DNA of 64,000 nt from a virus: IMG/VR virus record IMGVR_UViG_3300030104_003613; one strand, 5' to 3'. Of the stretch, positions 63,836 through 64,000 are shown one piece after another (within the stretch, counting starts at the first letter, position 1; every line of letters starts with the position of its first letter). The notes below the pieces were generated by a model that did no database searches, was not told the origin of the DNA, and was given only the letters and a program-made list of their open reading frames with translations. A program made the position numbers and the translations under genes.

Positions 63836-64000
63836 CCTTAACTCCTTCTGGTGATACTGTAATCTTAACAGAATCATATGAGACAGTCAAACTATCACGT
63901 TTAGAAAACGTTAAGAAGAATCCACCATTGCCTGCTCCACATAGTTTGTGTGAGATAACACTTGGATTCTTTTGTAGATCTTTATCTATCTGACGGATCT
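63822..64000 (-). CDS. GHMP-family sugar kinase (HddA-like), C-terminal fragment
   Basis: Hand translation ..SVISHKLCGAGNGGFFLTFS..GVKGESI; the 5' part lies outside the window. Confidence 0.7.
   Translation of the reverse strand, partial: IRQIDKDLQKNPSVISHKLCGAGNGGFFLTFSKRDSLTVSYDSVKITVSPEGVKGESI

Overview
A 64-kb segment of a T4-like cyanomyovirus (Kyanoviridae-type), probably infecting marine Synechococcus since it carries both psbA and psbD. Most genes lie on the minus strand. From left to right: (1) tail-fibre/adhesin and virion structural genes (1-16.6 kb); (2) a small early-promoter island with a short-arm tRNA-Leu(UAA); (3) the baseplate hub module, with split gp5, two large proteins carrying peptidoglycan hydrolase domains, gp51, gp26, gp54-like, gp4, gp2-like, gp48 and gp53; (4) the replication/transcription genes gp32, gp59, gp33, an exonuclease, phoH and thyX; (5) many small cyanophage ORFs and auxiliary metabolic genes (DUF4278, glutaredoxin, psbD, talC, psbA, truncated gnd, petE, three hli, pstS, an outer-membrane beta-barrel); (6) the end of a nucleotide-sugar/glycosyltransferase cluster. 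The most striking observation is at 42.55-42.85 kb. Two tandem glutamine-II (Downstream-peptide-like) aptamers precede a DUF4278 gene, and the second aptamer carries a complete 55-codon ORF inside its P2 loop. The two aptamers have overlapping pseudoknot partners, one of which covers the DUF4278 Shine-Dalgarno. Other notable items are a plus-strand trio of secreted beta-rich proteins that may form an envelope channel, a repeated stop-codon/-35 promoter fusion, and a complementary pair of degenerate Hli peptides. All calls come from reading motifs by eye; no database search or folding program was run.
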